Source: Mytilus edulis
Taxonomy: Eukaryota
Assembly: GCF_963676685.1 (NCBI RefSeq)
Contig: NC_092350.1
Location: forward strand, 31,682,001 to 31,746,000
Direction: 5' to 3'
DNA: 64,000 nucleotides
Shown: one piece after another, positions 1-13,800 of the stretch
Position numbering within the stretch: position 1 is the first letter of the stretch
Layout of the letters: each line of letters begins with the position of its first letter
The notes under the pieces: model-generated
What the model was told of the DNA's origin: nothing
Database searches by the model: none
The model's input: the letters and a program-made list of their open reading frames with translations, nothing else
Translations under genes and position numbers: made by a program

Positions 1-199
1 AATGTAATTGTACATATAATTAGCTGACAACAACAACAGCAGCTTGATTAAAGACAGATGTCTATAGTTAAAAAAACAAACCATGTCAATATATAATTAT
101 GTGCATATTCAATGGTGGTCTTCAAACCACAATCTATTACAAGGTTGTATGACAATAGAAAGATGTGGTCTGTTTAAACTTTCTGCTTTATAACCCGGA

Positions 200-677
200 G
201 GCCAAATAAAAATATATGTGTGGTTCCAGTAACCCAATCGACCCTAGTTTAAACCCCCCATCCCTAGAACTTTTTCTCATTTCAGAAAAATAAATTTTCA
301 AACGATCAAAGTTTGAAGATTGTGAATTAAAAAAATAAACTTCGTAGATTTCTGTCATCTGAATTTCCATCAGAAGTATCTGTTATTGATAAAATGCAAG
401 AATTCATAACAATTTGTTGTCAAAATGCAACAAAATTAACTAAAAAGGTAAATGACTGTCTTTATTTTGCAACCAAACACTTTTAAAATGGTCGACTTCC
501 TGTATTGACATGTATAATACCGGAAACAATTTCGGTAAACACAATTTTTTTACAGATTTTGACAATCCAAAATAAAATTTAGAAAAAAAAGAAAAAAAAA
601 TTTGCCGACCTATAGCTACCGACCCTATTTTTTTTAAAAGTATGTAACTGGAACCACACATATATTTTTATTTGGCC
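200..677. mobile_element. PIF/Harbinger-type MITE
   Basis: About 31-bp TIR GGCCAAATAAAAATATATGTGTGGTTCCAGT at both ends; 3-bp flanks gga/tga. Confidence 0.8.
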
Positions 678-1742
678 TGAATGGACTTTTCATATAATGA
701 CTTAAATAGCATAAGTAATTAAATTATCATATTGTAATTACATTGTAGCTGAATTTCCTATAGATTTTCTCTCATTTTGTCATATAGGCATTCAGAATGT
801 TAAGGTTTGTCTGTATTTCTCGATTTTTGGTAGGAAGTGTTCCATAACCACCATAATCAGTGCTGTGCATGCATTTGCACAAAGGCTTTATCAGTTGTTA
901 ATCTGTTGACAAAGTCACTTTATGCATTCCAGACCTTATACATGTGTAGGTCTAAATAGCTTTAAGAATTAATAGCATATTACCAGTGCAACAGGATGGG
1001 TTAAATGTTTAAACATAAAAGGGGGCAGGGATTTACTGAGTGAAAGGACAGTCTTGATATTTTGATGGTTGCAAATGTAATTGTTTAATAGATGGTGGCT
1101 GTCAACCATGCTGGTATAGTCGTACTTCAGGGATTGGTACCAGCCTGATAAAGTATGTACAAAATATATTTTATGCATTAATGGGTCAATCAGATGAAGG
1201 AAATTCAGTTTACACTTTATAACATGCATATGCACTTGACCACGATTAAGTTCTGCAACACAAATCATGTCACTCTGAGGGCAAAATGACTGCTGCCCAT
1301 TTAAATAAAATGTGTAATTTCCACAAGACATGGGTCAGAATAAACTTCCGATGTACTTGTTCAAGTAAATCGGGCTTTTCCTAGGTACATGAATGTTATC
1401 TGTTGAAGAAAAAAAAAATGCTGACCCCATATCATGTACATGTTAATTTTATAACAACATTCATTTTTCAGTGACAGTGGTCCACTTTTTGGATACACAT
1501 GTACATGTACTACTTTAAACAGATTTCTTGTACAAGTATTTTAACCTGTTTTTGTTCTACATTAGTATTTGTCACTAGATAATAAGCAAACAACAAATCA
1601 ATCAATTTCATACTTGCCAACTTCAAGAGTTAAGTTGTGAATAACACATTGGCATGATTGCACTAACAGTCCTTCAATAGAAGAATTTCAAAATGTCTGT
1701 AAGAAGAGCTAAAGGAATATATCAATCAGCAATATACTTTTT

Positions 1743-2190
1743 AACAAGAATGTGTAGTACATGGATGCCCCACTCCCACTATCATTTTCTATGTTCAGTG
1801 GATCGTGAAATTGGGGTCAAAACTTTAATTTGGAATTAAAATTAGAAAGATCATATCATAGGGAACATGTGTTCTAAGTTTCAAGTTGATGTAACTTTAA
1901 CTTCATCAAAAACTACCTTGACCAAAAACTTTAACCTGAACTTTGCACTATCATTATCTATGTTCAGTGGACCATGAAATTGGGGTCAAAACTGTAATTT
2001 GGCATTAAAATTAGAAAGATCATATCATAGGCAACATGTGTATTAAGTTTCAAGTTGATTGGACATTAGCTTCATCAAAAACTACCTTGACCAAAAACTT
2101 TAACCTGAAGCGAACAGACGGACGCACGGACGAACGGAGGCAAAGACCAGAAAACATAATGCCCCTCTACTATCGTAGGTGGGGCATAAT
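1743..2190 (+). mobile_element. Non-autonomous Helentron-like (HINE/pearl-type) element, family A
   Basis: AACAAG start, two ~169-bp core repeats, (GACG)n microsatellite, 3' hairpin ATGCCCC...GGGGCAT; other copies in the window. Confidence 0.8.
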
Positions 2191-2736
2191 AAAATAATTG
2201 AGGAAGATATTAAAAAGGCATGGGTCGATAAGGAATTAAAATTCACACAGATCCACACAACAAAAGAAAAAGAAATGAAAAAATAATTTGAAGGTAACAA
2301 ATATTTTAAATATCATTTGCAAAAGCCTCTGTTTATAGTCTTATAATTTAAATGTCTGTTGTCATGTATGTTTTTTTCTTAATTTTGGTTCATTTTTGTG
2401 TTTTGGACTTTTAGTGTGATGACCACTTTCACTGAACTAGTACACATTTATGTTAAGAGGTCAGGTGAAGCCTGCCTCCAGGTGCATGGTTTCCCCTAGT
2501 GTTGAAGACCTTGAGCTGTTTTTTTTTTTGCTCTTTGGTCAGGTTGCTGTCTCTCACACATTCCTCATTTGCATTTTCAATTCTACTGGTGGAAAAAATT
2601 ATGAAAATTCAAGTTGTAAAGAAACTGTTAACACAGAGATGTCAAGAAATCTGATTGCTAATTAATTCACCGTTGGTGGACCAAGACAAAACGGTATCAC
2701 ATCTAAATGATCCTCAAACTGGGATGTACTGATAGT

Positions 2737-3054
2737 TGTGGTGTAGTGCATCAGACATGTCGGACTACTAACAAAGATTCCCGATTCGATCCCCACTCCG
2801 GGAAGAAAATTTTAGGGATTGAATTTTCACCTCTTCCTCAACACCATCAGATGGGGACGATAAATGGCTGACCCGTGTTAAGAAAGAGACATATCTCTTG
2901 CATGCAAAAAGACACCCTTGTAGATTTCGAAACAGAGTATCATATGCTAATACCGCTACAAGGCAGTACCTGCACCCGCAAAGTGGAGAGGGATTAATAT
3001 AAGTTGCAAAACTTGTTTCCAAATCCACTATCAATAAATATGTTTAAACTAAAA
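2737..3054 (+). mobile_element. tRNA-derived SINE with a Meta-type central domain
   Basis: A box TGGTGTAGTG, B-box-like GATTCGATCC, core CCATCAGATGGGGACGATAAA..CCCGTG..AAAGACACCC; 10-bp TSD TACTGATAGT at 2727-2736 and 3055-3064; partial inverted copy near 12533-12668. Confidence 0.8.
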
Positions 3055-3113
3055 TACTGATAGTAATGCAATTTAATGGTTAAGATTGTTAAGTTTTACA
3101 AGGACATTTCCAT

Positions 3114-3185
3114 GAATTTCGTCTGAGAAAATTTAATTGAAATTCGTCTGAGGAAATTTAATTGAATTTTGTCTGAGAAAATTTG
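3114..3185. repeat. Minisatellite, about 3 x 25 bp
   Basis: GAATTTCGTCTGAGAAAATTTAATT variants in tandem. Confidence 0.8.
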
Positions 3186-4499
3186 AAAGTGTTGAGGCCA
3201 GATACTTGGTATGCAGACAAAAACAAATAGGTAAAAAAGTTGTTTGAAAGCAGAGTCATTGTTGTAAGTTGAGATTCTGTGTTCAGTATCAAACAGGAAG
3301 TAAAAAAATTAAGTTGTTGTAAATGTTGTTGTCACCTCAATTAACAAAATTTGGCTGGTCATACTGATTTTCAGGTTCATATAAACCTGAATCATAATAT
3401 ATTTCTCTTGGTTATGCTGCCCATCGAGGGCCCATAATTGGAACAATATTCTTAGAGCGACAACAACAAAAATAGACTGCTGTTAATCTTTCTTTTGCCT
3501 ATGGACTTTTTTCATTTGGATTCATGTTTAAGCATTTTAGTAACGTAACAATCAAATATGGGAAGTTGGATATAAGGTGAAAACAGCTGACAACATTTGT
3601 AACAATTGTAGGTTGCATGTTAATTGGTAACAAACCATATCTTCAAAAAATTATTGGCTATACAAGAAATATAAATTCTTTTGGCGAAAATTGTGGGTTT
3701 AAAATTTCACACAATCATTTTTTAGAGCTAAATGTACATTGATATTTATCTTCTGGTTTTGTACTATTAAGAGATGTGGTCTTGATTAATTGAATTGTAA
3801 AGTTACAAAATTTTAAAACTTTGACAATGAATAATAAATTTTATTTTATCTGGAAAGATTTTTTTATAATCTATATTGTTACTTTCAAACATGTTGATCA
3901 GTAAGTTCAACACTTAATGACAACTAAGTTACTAACACCATTTGACAACAGATTGTAGGCCATAATAATACAAATATTGCTGACGTGACCGATATTCTTT
4001 TTGCAATGGATTCTTTAACTAAATCGATTTTAAGTAACTGCGTAATAGATGAAACTTTTTAATAATATGTCGTTTCTCTTTGAAGTGGTTTTACAGATGA
4101 TATGTCGCCCAGGAAAATATACAGTTTAATTATGTTCAAAGTGAAGGACAAATGTCAAAATATTTCCTTTAATCACGAATTGTTATTTTCCTCAAAACAA
4201 AATATTCCACAACGGAGTCCAAAAATGAATCATCTCATGGCGAAATATAAATTTTGTAAACATGAAACCACCACCTTTGTCAAAGTCACGTTTGGTCAAA
4301 TATATGATATTCGTGATCTGGTTCAAATAATAATGCATACAATCAACATGATTTCCTTGTCAAGACTTTATCACCTCAAAATATTTACTTCTTGACCTCA
4401 TTCCGAACAATGCAATATCGCAATCAACAAATCACGACGTGACCAATCTGGTAATCTACGCGTTTCTTGCATTATTTTCGTACATTTTGCATATTTTAA

Positions 4500-5110
4500 T
4501 GACAAAGATTGGCCTAAATACAACTGATCCCCTAGACCCGACTAATTCCCTGCAAATTTTATCAGCAAAATAATATTCAGAGAACACTCACCGTCATGTA
4601 ACATGCCTGTTACCTTCGGGGCTTACAATTGGTTGATCATGGTTTGATTTCAACTTTGAACCCATGAGCTCATCTTTCATTTATTGTGTTAATTTTTTAA
4701 AATGGACATTAATGCGAAGAAAGAAGTCCTTTCAGAACATTGTTTTGTGTTATTGTATACATTTAGTATGTTCAAAAACTTGTTTTATCCCAAATTAAAG
4801 CGTAATTGGTGATAATTTCGGGGCGGTATTTCGTGGCTTAATTTGTGACGTAAATTCATCACCTTTGACCCTGGAGCAAATGTATTGGTTGTTGTTAGTC
4901 ATCCATTTATAGGAAAATTGCAGTTAAACCGCGCCCATAACATACTTACAAAGTGTTATTTCATGTCATTGATAATAGTAATTTAACAACAAAACATATT
5001 GACACAATATATATTTCTCTTTATGCAGCATTTTATTATCGCTTTTTACTACACACATTGTACACATATATCTATGACGTAATACACACGGAAGTGTAAA
5101 GTAGCAGGTG
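4500..5110. promoter_or_regulatory. Probable (bidirectional) promoter of TYSND1 with a non-coding first exon ending near 5107
   Basis: Local CpG enrichment; several ATTGG (CCAAT) boxes, GGGGCGG 4820, TGACGTAA at 4846 and 5075, ETS CGGAAGT 5089; + donor CAG|GTGCCC at 5108; - donor G|GTGAGT at 4591. Confidence 0.5.
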
Positions 5111-6086
5111 CCCGTTTTCATTATATTAGTGATTTATTATTCAATTATAACTCTTGTCTCTTTCTTGAAATAAATGTGATTGATTTGAAATAAAGCTAAA
5201 CTTTTTTTTATGGCAGTGTTAAAGTTTTGCATGTTGTACAAATGAATCGAAAACAATCTTGATTTTTTTCTTCTATTTTTATTTTGTTCTATTTTTAGAT
5301 ATTTTAGTCTTCTGACATAGGCAGAGGTTTACAGTTCTCAGATTTAGACTCTTTCGTTTATGAATAATCATTATGCAGTGATCTGTAAGCTTGCCAATTC
5401 TCTGTAATGTAAATAATGCCATGAAATTTTTATTATGTGGGACTAATACTGAAACAATTATTTCTATAATTGACAACAGATTTTTTTTAAATCACTTTCA
5501 TATTTTTCATAACTAATACATATTGCGATTACATAAATTCTTTACTTGAGTTGAATTGGGAAAAAGATTAAGGACGATATGTTTATGAATATTTGATGTG
5601 GATATGGAGTTAATCCCCTTTGTACACATGATGGACATGCACCGACTCTCTCCCTTTAATAATTGAATAATTATTTGTTATATGTATTAATAATCATTAT
5701 TGTCTATATTTGTAAACTTAATCGAGCCTTAATTATTATTATTAGAAAAATTTAAACAAATACTGTGGATTAGATTCATGTATTTTTGTGGAGTCCAATT
5801 TTAGTGGCTTGAGGACAAATTGTAGTTTCAGAGGTATTTGATTTTGTGAATTGCCAAAATCTGCATTATAACTTATTTTAATTCTTGGTTAACTTATAAA
5901 AACCTATGAATTCCCCAAAAATGGTATCCTTTGAATTATAGTTAACAAAGTCACAGCTATAAACTTTATAAGTATTATCAAACAACTTTGAAAACAAACT
6001 GTTTTGTAAAACAAGTATTTGTCATTGACTCATGAACACAAATAGTTAAAATGGTGTGTTAATAACTGACTACAAGATGCACAAGA

Positions 6087-6217
6087 CAGTGGCGAATCCA
6101 GAAATTTCCATAAGTGGGGGCCCACAGACTGACCTAAGAGGGGGCCCGCTCCAGTCACGCTTTAGTGATTCCCTATATAAGCAACAAAATTCCCCCCCCC
6201 CCCTAAATCCGCCTCTG
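6087..6217. mobile_element. hAT-like MITE with a 5-bp TSD
   Basis: CAGTGGCGAATCC...AATCCGCCTCTG ends; CAAGA on both flanks; second copy at 31293-31429. Confidence 0.75.
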
Positions 6218-7132
6218 CAAGAAACACCTATCCTTGCTCGATTTAAATTTGGTCAACATGATCAAATGAAAAAGTGCTTCTGTCATCTGAACAATTTGAT
6301 CAATGAAAATGAACTTTTTCAAATAATTTTTTTGTCTCTTGTATAATAATTAAAACAACGATTCCCACTTTTGTCCTAAGTAATTTTGTCCTAAGTAATT
6401 TTGTCCGTCTTATCATTTAATTATTTATATTAAGTGACAGCATAAACATATTAGGTAGTGAGCCCAGGAAAGTGTAAGCATAAAGCAGTTTTGATTGTGA
6501 ACTTGATGATCCCATTTTTATACAACTGCAAACTTTTTTGTTGTTGAAAAATTGCTAATATATAAGACAATACAATAAATTTTTGGCATAGCTGATTTTA
6601 CTGGCATGATTAACTAGTATAGGGTTCAGTTTGAATATCACATTTTATTTATCATTTTTCTTCTAAAATTGTTTTTTAAAAGGACAGATTTAACAAATAT
6701 TTTATAATCCACAGAACATTACCAATTTACCATTAAGTTGAATGGTATGCATTATGAATAAAAGGATACAAGGGTGTTGTCAATGAGTCGGCAACCCCCA
6801 TACACAATAAATCCATAAAGAACACTTCTAGGGTTAAGTATGGTCTTCAACAATAAAGAAATGTATACCATTTGGAAAATACTAAAACATCATCAAGACT
6901 AAAGAAATTGGGCTAAACAAATGGTGCAAGAACAAATACATTTTACACAAAGCAAGAAATTTTGCATTCACAATTAAAACAATTTTCACAGAGTATTGCA
7001 TATGATATGCAGCTCGAATAAAGGAAACCGTAAGTTATTAAGAATTTATAAAATCAATTACTGATTTATTTGTTTGTTTTTAATTTTCAGTAGCTGAGTG
7101 TAGTTTATCAGTGTTTAAAAAGAAGAGAAACA

Positions 7133-7863
7133 ATGTTTGATACTGGATGTGTAGTGTCTGTAAAGGTCAACGGAGAAGATAAGAAAACATTGAGTGGGGT
7201 ACTCATTGATACAAAGTCAGGACTTGTTCTGACACATGGTACTTTAGTCTCATCTTTGTTAACGGATCAGCAGATAAATTCATTACAGAACAAAGGAATT
7301 TTACAGAACAGTTTTCATCATTGGGATGCAGAAGTCTGTTTGCAAAGGACCAATAAACAAGACTCAAATAATAATTTGAGATCTATATTAAATAGTTCTG
7401 ACATTGCTACCCAGACAGAAAGTGAAACATGGCAAAAGAACTTGTACTCTGAGTATTCAGCCAATGTTCAGGCTATATTCTCTTTGAAAAAATTACAGAA
7501 TGTTGTTTCTTTTTTATTGCCTGAAAATAAATGGGAATTTGTGGAAGATTTTTCTTCACAAGAGACACCAGATGACCAGTCTAAATTTTATGCAATGCTA
7601 TCCTGTTTTATAATATTGAAATTGAACAACTGGAAGAGCTATAATAACAATATTTCTGTTCTTGCATATGATCAACTTGACAAGGGAGATAATTTAGAAA
7701 TAGAGGCCACACCTTTTGGTGGTTTGTGCCCTGAGATTTTCCTGAATTCCAGAAGTACTGGTGTGTTGAGTAACAAGGCTGGTGGGATATTGTTAATGAC
7801 TGATGCTAGATGTGTGCCAGGTTCAGAAGGTGGTCCTGTGTTTTGTAGAAAAGGTCATCACAG
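7133..7863 (+). CDS. TYSND1: TYSND1 coding exon 1 (N-terminal protease-like domain)
   Basis: Acceptor ttttcag at 7090, ATG 7133, SGVLID..GLVLTHG, ATPFGGLCPEIFLNSRSTGVLSN, TDARCVPGSEGG; donor GT at 7864. Confidence 0.93.
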
Positions 7864-10800
7864 GTTATAATTCAAATATTTTTGCATGCATATAATTTTG
7901 CGATTTTTGAGAAAAGGACAAAATTGTTAGATGTATTATTACAATTTCAAGATATTATGCAAACTCTTAATTTCATCAGATCAGAATTAGATTCTTATTA
8001 TTGCTATTATCAACTAGTCACATTCGCAATTTAAAGACAGTCATCCAAATAATTTTTAAATTTACAGTACATGTATATAGAAAATATAATACTATTGTAA
8101 TAAATGCTTGATATTAAAAATTTCATTAACATTGGTTCAAAAGCCAAAAAGCCATAAAACAACAAGTAATTAATAAGAAAATTCAATAATCTATTGAAAA
8201 AAAAAGAGAAAAAAAAGTTCATTATACCTCAAATTATTTCTGGAGTAATTGTCCTTGAATGATGATTTTAACATTTTTTATCTGTGTGAGTATCGTTAAA
8301 TTTTAAATATAATTTGATAGAGATAAAAAGTAAGCAGAAAAAAATATAGCAATACAAGCTCAACAAAAAAGATTTAAGCACTGAAATCAGTTACTAGTCT
8401 ATGATGTTTAGATGTGCCCATTGTTGAAGACACATTTTGTTTCAGGTCAGCAACACAGGCTATTTCTTTAGAGCAACTTATTTATATTTTACTATAATAG
8501 TAGATAGTGAATTTATTCCAAAATGAAAGATTTTTTATCAGCCTTTCAAAGATATACTTATATTAATTAGCTTATATTTTTTTTAGGTACCTTGTTGGTT
8601 TAATTATAACTTCACTTTGCTGGAAGTCAAATGAATGGGTTGGTTTGTCTATGGCTTGTGCAATAACAGATGTTTTAAAACGTGTAAAACAGATATGCAG
8701 AGTGGAAATAACCCCTATAGAAAACATATTTAGAGGTACATACTTTACATGGCAGATTGATCCAATTTTTGACTCAAGTGGATTGAGAATTTTCAAGAAA
8801 TCCACTGAATTTTAAAAAAATCATTGGGCGAACATATCTTTGATATATTAGCCAAGTGGATTCAGAGTTGACCTTTTGTTCATTTATCCAAACTTTAACT
8901 TTTTTCAAAGCCTCAATTAGAAGTGGACATTGTCTAGTGAGTCCTGCTAAATTAGATCACTGTCATTTATTTGTAGAACTGCATTAAGTAAAAAAATATT
9001 CTCTAACTATTGTTGGGAATGAATTTGAGATACGCTAGCAGTGTATAAAGAAGGAATGGGGTCCGACAGTATTCTTATATTTGTGATATTAAAAATTAAT
9101 AAAATCATTACCAATTATGATTTCTATTTCCTTGTTGTATGATATTTTTTTATATAGAAAGCAAGTTGAATTGTGTGATAAACTCATCACTAATGATATT
9201 TGGTAAACAGAAAGTCAATAAGCACTGGATGTGAAATTCCATCATTGGTAATAAGATCTACATTTGAAATCCTAATATAAAAAAGAACAGCAATCTTGGT
9301 TTACATTGAATTTAGTATACTATTCTTAGTTCACATAGATACAATTGGTTTGTACTGGTATGATCAGAAAAAAGGTGAATATCTTTATCAAAGATGCAAA
9401 AGTATCATATCATGCATTGTCATATTTTCTGTATCTATACTGTAAAAAAGTTATAGAAAGTTGGCAGAGAAACAAAAATAATCACTTAGTGTCATCCTTT
9501 AATTATATTCACATACTGAGAATTGAATAAAAATGTTTGATCTTTGTAACATACATTTACATGTCAATTTTTTGAATTTATATTTTCAGCTAGAAATAAC
9601 TTGAGCCAGTTGATAGAGAGCATTCCATTGATTGTAGTAGGCAGTAATTGGGGATCTGGTGTTGTAATTGGCCAGGAGGATGGATATCACATCCTTTTAA
9701 CTTGTAGCCATGTAGTTAAAGAGTCTGATTATAATACAGGTATACCTTGACTAGGGTCAGAAATCTGGCATTGTGATTGGTCAGGATGATGGACATTCCA
9801 TCCTTTTAACTTGTAGCCATGTAGTTAAAGAGTCTGATTATAATACAGGTATACCTTGACTAGGGGCAGAAATCTGGCATTGTGATTGGTCAGGATGGTG
9901 GACATTCCATCCTTTTAACTTGTAGCCATGTAGTTAAAGAGTCTGGTTATAATACAGGTATACCTTGACTAGGGGCAGAAATCTGGCATTGTGATTGGTC
10001 AGGATGGTGGACATTCCATCCTTTTAACTTGTAGCCATGTAGTTAAAGAGTCTGGTTATAATACAGGTATACCTTTACTAGGGGCAGAAATCTTGCATTG
10101 TGATTGGTCAGGATGGTGGACATTCCATCCTTTAAACTTGTAGCCATGTAGTTAAAGAGTCTGATTATAAAACAGGTATACCTTGACTAGGGTCAGAAAT
10201 CTGGCATTGTGATTGGTCAGGATGATGGACATTCCATCCTTTTAACTTGTAACCATGTAGTTAAAGAGTCTGATTATAATACAGGTATACCTTAACTAAA
10301 GTCAGAGATTGGTAAATAGTGTCAAGAAGGAACTTAAAAATGACCTTTTAGAAGAGAATATTTGTGTTTATTTAGATTATTGAACTTGCATTGTCCAAGA
10401 AAAATAAGAACACTAAGCTAGAGGGCATTACAGAAATAATTGTTTGGAAGCTGTTAATTTGAATCATATTGCCAACAAATGAAAATAACACTATAAAAAT
10501 TTCTGTGATCAAAGTGCTTTTATAAATTTCCCTTCAATAGCACTGCTCAAACCCAAGCATTTTAAAGCTAAGGATGTATACCAGTAGATACTAGAACACA
10601 TGAGGAGCTATGTACCATAACTACACCAAACAAATAATAGCTTAATTCATATGAGGGCAACAAAAGTGTGTTAAAATTCTTTTCTTGTTTTTTTTTTGCC
10701 ACATAATAAAAAAACTAATATACAAGAAAAACCTCTTATTTATTTAAAAAAAAAATTTATTATGGTAAATATAATATTTTTTCCTACACTCTTTTCCAGT

Positions 10801-13800
10801 GAAACTTAAGTTTACAGATCAACAGAAGATACATAAAGGAAAGGTGATATACAAGACACCTGTAGATGAACAGTTTGATATAGCAGTATTGAGCTGTCCA
10901 CTCAACTCAGGAAAATATATCCAGATGTCACCAAAACCAGTAGCACAAGGTTATTATTATGTTACCCTCCAACAAAAAAAAACCAGCAACAAAAAAGACA
11001 AAACGTAACAAAAACAATAAAAAGGCATACACCACCCCCCACTCCTTTTGTACATATGTTAAAGAATGATATAACGGAAGTTTTCTTTGGTCAGTATCTA
11101 TCTACCACAACAAATCTACCATTTACCTTATTATGGATATAAATGAAAGGAGATGTGACGGCAAGTAATGACACTTAAAACCTTTAAAGGTTAAAACAAA
11201 GATGCATCAGCAAAAGAATAGTGTGGATGCCATTTTGTTAAGCGCCAAAAATTTCTAGAAAGTTGAGGAAAGGTTAACAGAGATTACCGTACCTAAGATT
11301 TGCCATGGCAGTAAAAGACAGATATATAAATAAAGATAGCGGTAATGAGTTTCTGACTTAGGACCCCCACTTTACCATATGTCAGGGTTTAACTCGATTC
11401 AAGAAATCAATCCCCCATCTTTTTGTTACTATCAAAGAAATAACAAAAGGAGAAACAAAGAAGTATGTAAAATAAAAATTGTTTTAGCTCTGCACTTGCA
11501 GGTGCAAAGTGAGGATATGACACAATCAATGATTTTATTATCAAACCCTTTTTTTGTCCTTAGCTTACTTGTATGGGGGGAGTTTAAAATATTGTTTAGA
11601 TAAAAAATTTAGACTAGAAAGATGTATACTTGTATACTAATAATGTTTGTTTCTAGGAGATAAGGTGTATGTTATTGGACATGCTGTTTTTGGAGAAGAA
11701 AAGAATTTAGAACCAACAATAACATCCGGTATTATATCTAAAGTTTTGTGTATCAACAACATTCCTGTTTTGATTCAGGTATTACTATAAGATTAATAGA
11801 AATATTTTACTTTTAAAGTGTTCTTTAAAGAACTTCTACTTTTTTTTTTCACCACTAAAATATTTTTGATTACTGTAAATTCAGAAATTATTGCGAGGTT
11901 TTTATTATTGCAAAAAATGTGACAAAGTTGTAAACGCAATATTTTAAACTCACATTTTGAAATATTTTATATGAATTAAAAAGGATTTTTCTCAAAATTG
12001 TAAAAATTTATAAATCACATTCAAGTCTAAAATGACAAAATCGCAATAATAAATGCACTCAATAATTTCTGAATTTACAGTAAAGAAAATGTTTTTATAC
12101 CTATCTGACTAGCAGAGTATCAAATGAAATATTTCACAACAATATTATTATTATTTAGATAAATGTTGTATTAAGAGTTAATTCAGTTAGGTACATGTAT
12201 TATGCTTAGAAAGTATCTAACCTCCTCATCTTTATACCCTATGCTGTAAAGTAGAGGTAGTTTACCAATAACTTTATTGTGTGAATGATTCAGGCTCTTA
12301 ATGGCCTCTTGTTTTGTAAGTTTATATATTTGTTCCTTACAAGCTCAAATTTAAGTCAGGATTGCAAACTCTTTTTTAATCACAAATACTTATGTTTTCA
12401 GACAACATGTGCAGTTCATGCTGGTGCCAGTGGTGGAGCAATAGTTAATCAATATGGACAGCTTGTTGGTATACCTGTCAGCAATGCAAAGTAAGTACTA
12501 AATCTTACCAGTTTAATTTAAACATATTTAGAGATTGGGAAACAAGTTATTGCAACTTATATTAATCCCTTTTCACTTTATGGGTGACTTGTAGCGGCAA
12601 TAGCCTGCTCTTTTCGGAAATCTGTAAGGGTGTCTTTTACGTCCATAGATATCACTCTCTCTTAACAGTAACTGGTAGTGCCACTAATCAAGTGTTTTGT
12701 ATTTTGTCTTTGTTTGCAAAGTGAATCCCCTCAAATGAGAAGGGCTAAAATACCACTCTTCTTCTTTTTTAGCTCACCTGGCCCGAAGGGCCAAGTGAGC
12801 TTTTCCCATCACTTGGCGTCCGTCGTCCGTCGTCGTCGTCGTTAACTTTTACAAAAATCTTCTCCTCTGAAACTACTAGGCCAAATTAAACCACACTTGG
12901 CCACAATCATCATTGGGGTATCTAGTTTAAAAAATGTGTGGCGTGACCCGGCCAAACAACCAAGATGGCCGCCATTGCTAAAAATAGAACATAGGGGTAA
13001 AATGCAGTTTTTGGCTTATAACTCAAAAACCAAAGCATTTAGAGCAAATCTGACAGGGGTAAAATTGTTTATCAGGTCAAGATCTTTCTGCCCTCAAATT
13101 TTCAGATGAATCCGACAAACCGTTGTTGGGTTGCTGCCCCTGAATTGGGAATTTTAGGGAATTTTTGCTGTTTTTGGTTATTATCTTGAATATTATTATA
13201 GATAGAGATAAACTGTAAACAGCAATAATGTTCAGCAAAGTTAGATATACAAATAAGTCAACGTGACCAAAATGGTCAGTTGACCCCTTTAGGAGTTATT
13301 GACCTTTATAGTCAATTTTTGACCATTTTTCGTAAATCTTAGAAATCTTTTACAAAAATATTCTCCTCTGAAACTATTGGGCCAAATTAATCCAAACTTG
13401 GCCACAATCATCTTTGGGGTATCTAGTTTAAAAAATGTGTGGCGTGACCAGGCCAACCAACCAAGATGGCCGCCATGGCTAAAAATAGAACATGGGGGTA
13501 AAATGCAGTTTTTGGCTTATAACTCAAAAACCAAAGCATTTAGAGCAAATCTGACACGGGATAAAAGTGTTTATCAGGTCAAGATCTATTTGTCCTGAAA
13601 TTTTCAGATGAATCGGACAACCTGTTGTTGGGTTGCTGCCCCTGAATTGGTATTTTTAAGGAAATTTTGCTGTTTTTGGTTATCATCTTGAATATTATTA
13701 TACATAGGGCCAACATTAAAAATATCTTTGTTTCCCCTCACCCGACTGAGGTTGTTAGGGTATGGGTAGGTAGGTAGGCAAATTATTTTATTTTATTCCT

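Noticed and set aside
1335-1337. In-frame TGA before the 120-aa ORF as possible selenocysteine
   Set aside because: No selenoprotein motif or recognisable SECIS element.
2737-2810. Functional tRNA gene
   Set aside because: It is the degenerate head of a TSD-flanked SINE.
3981-4460. TGACGTGA and CCAAT...ACG as UPRE/ERSE elements
   Set aside because: ERSE spacing and sequence do not match CCAAT-N9-CCACG; a single short motif is expected by chance.
9761-10305. CRISPR-like or mutually exclusive exon array
   Set aside because: No unique spacers and eukaryotic context; the 21-nt GT..AG gaps are too short for spliceosomal introns, lack pyrimidine tracts, and 88-nt units would frameshift.
12897-13598. 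Repeated small ORFs 'MATII..PRWPP..' (also 30796-30996 and 41001-41237)
   Set aside because: Incidental frames in HINE core repeats with non-ATG starts.
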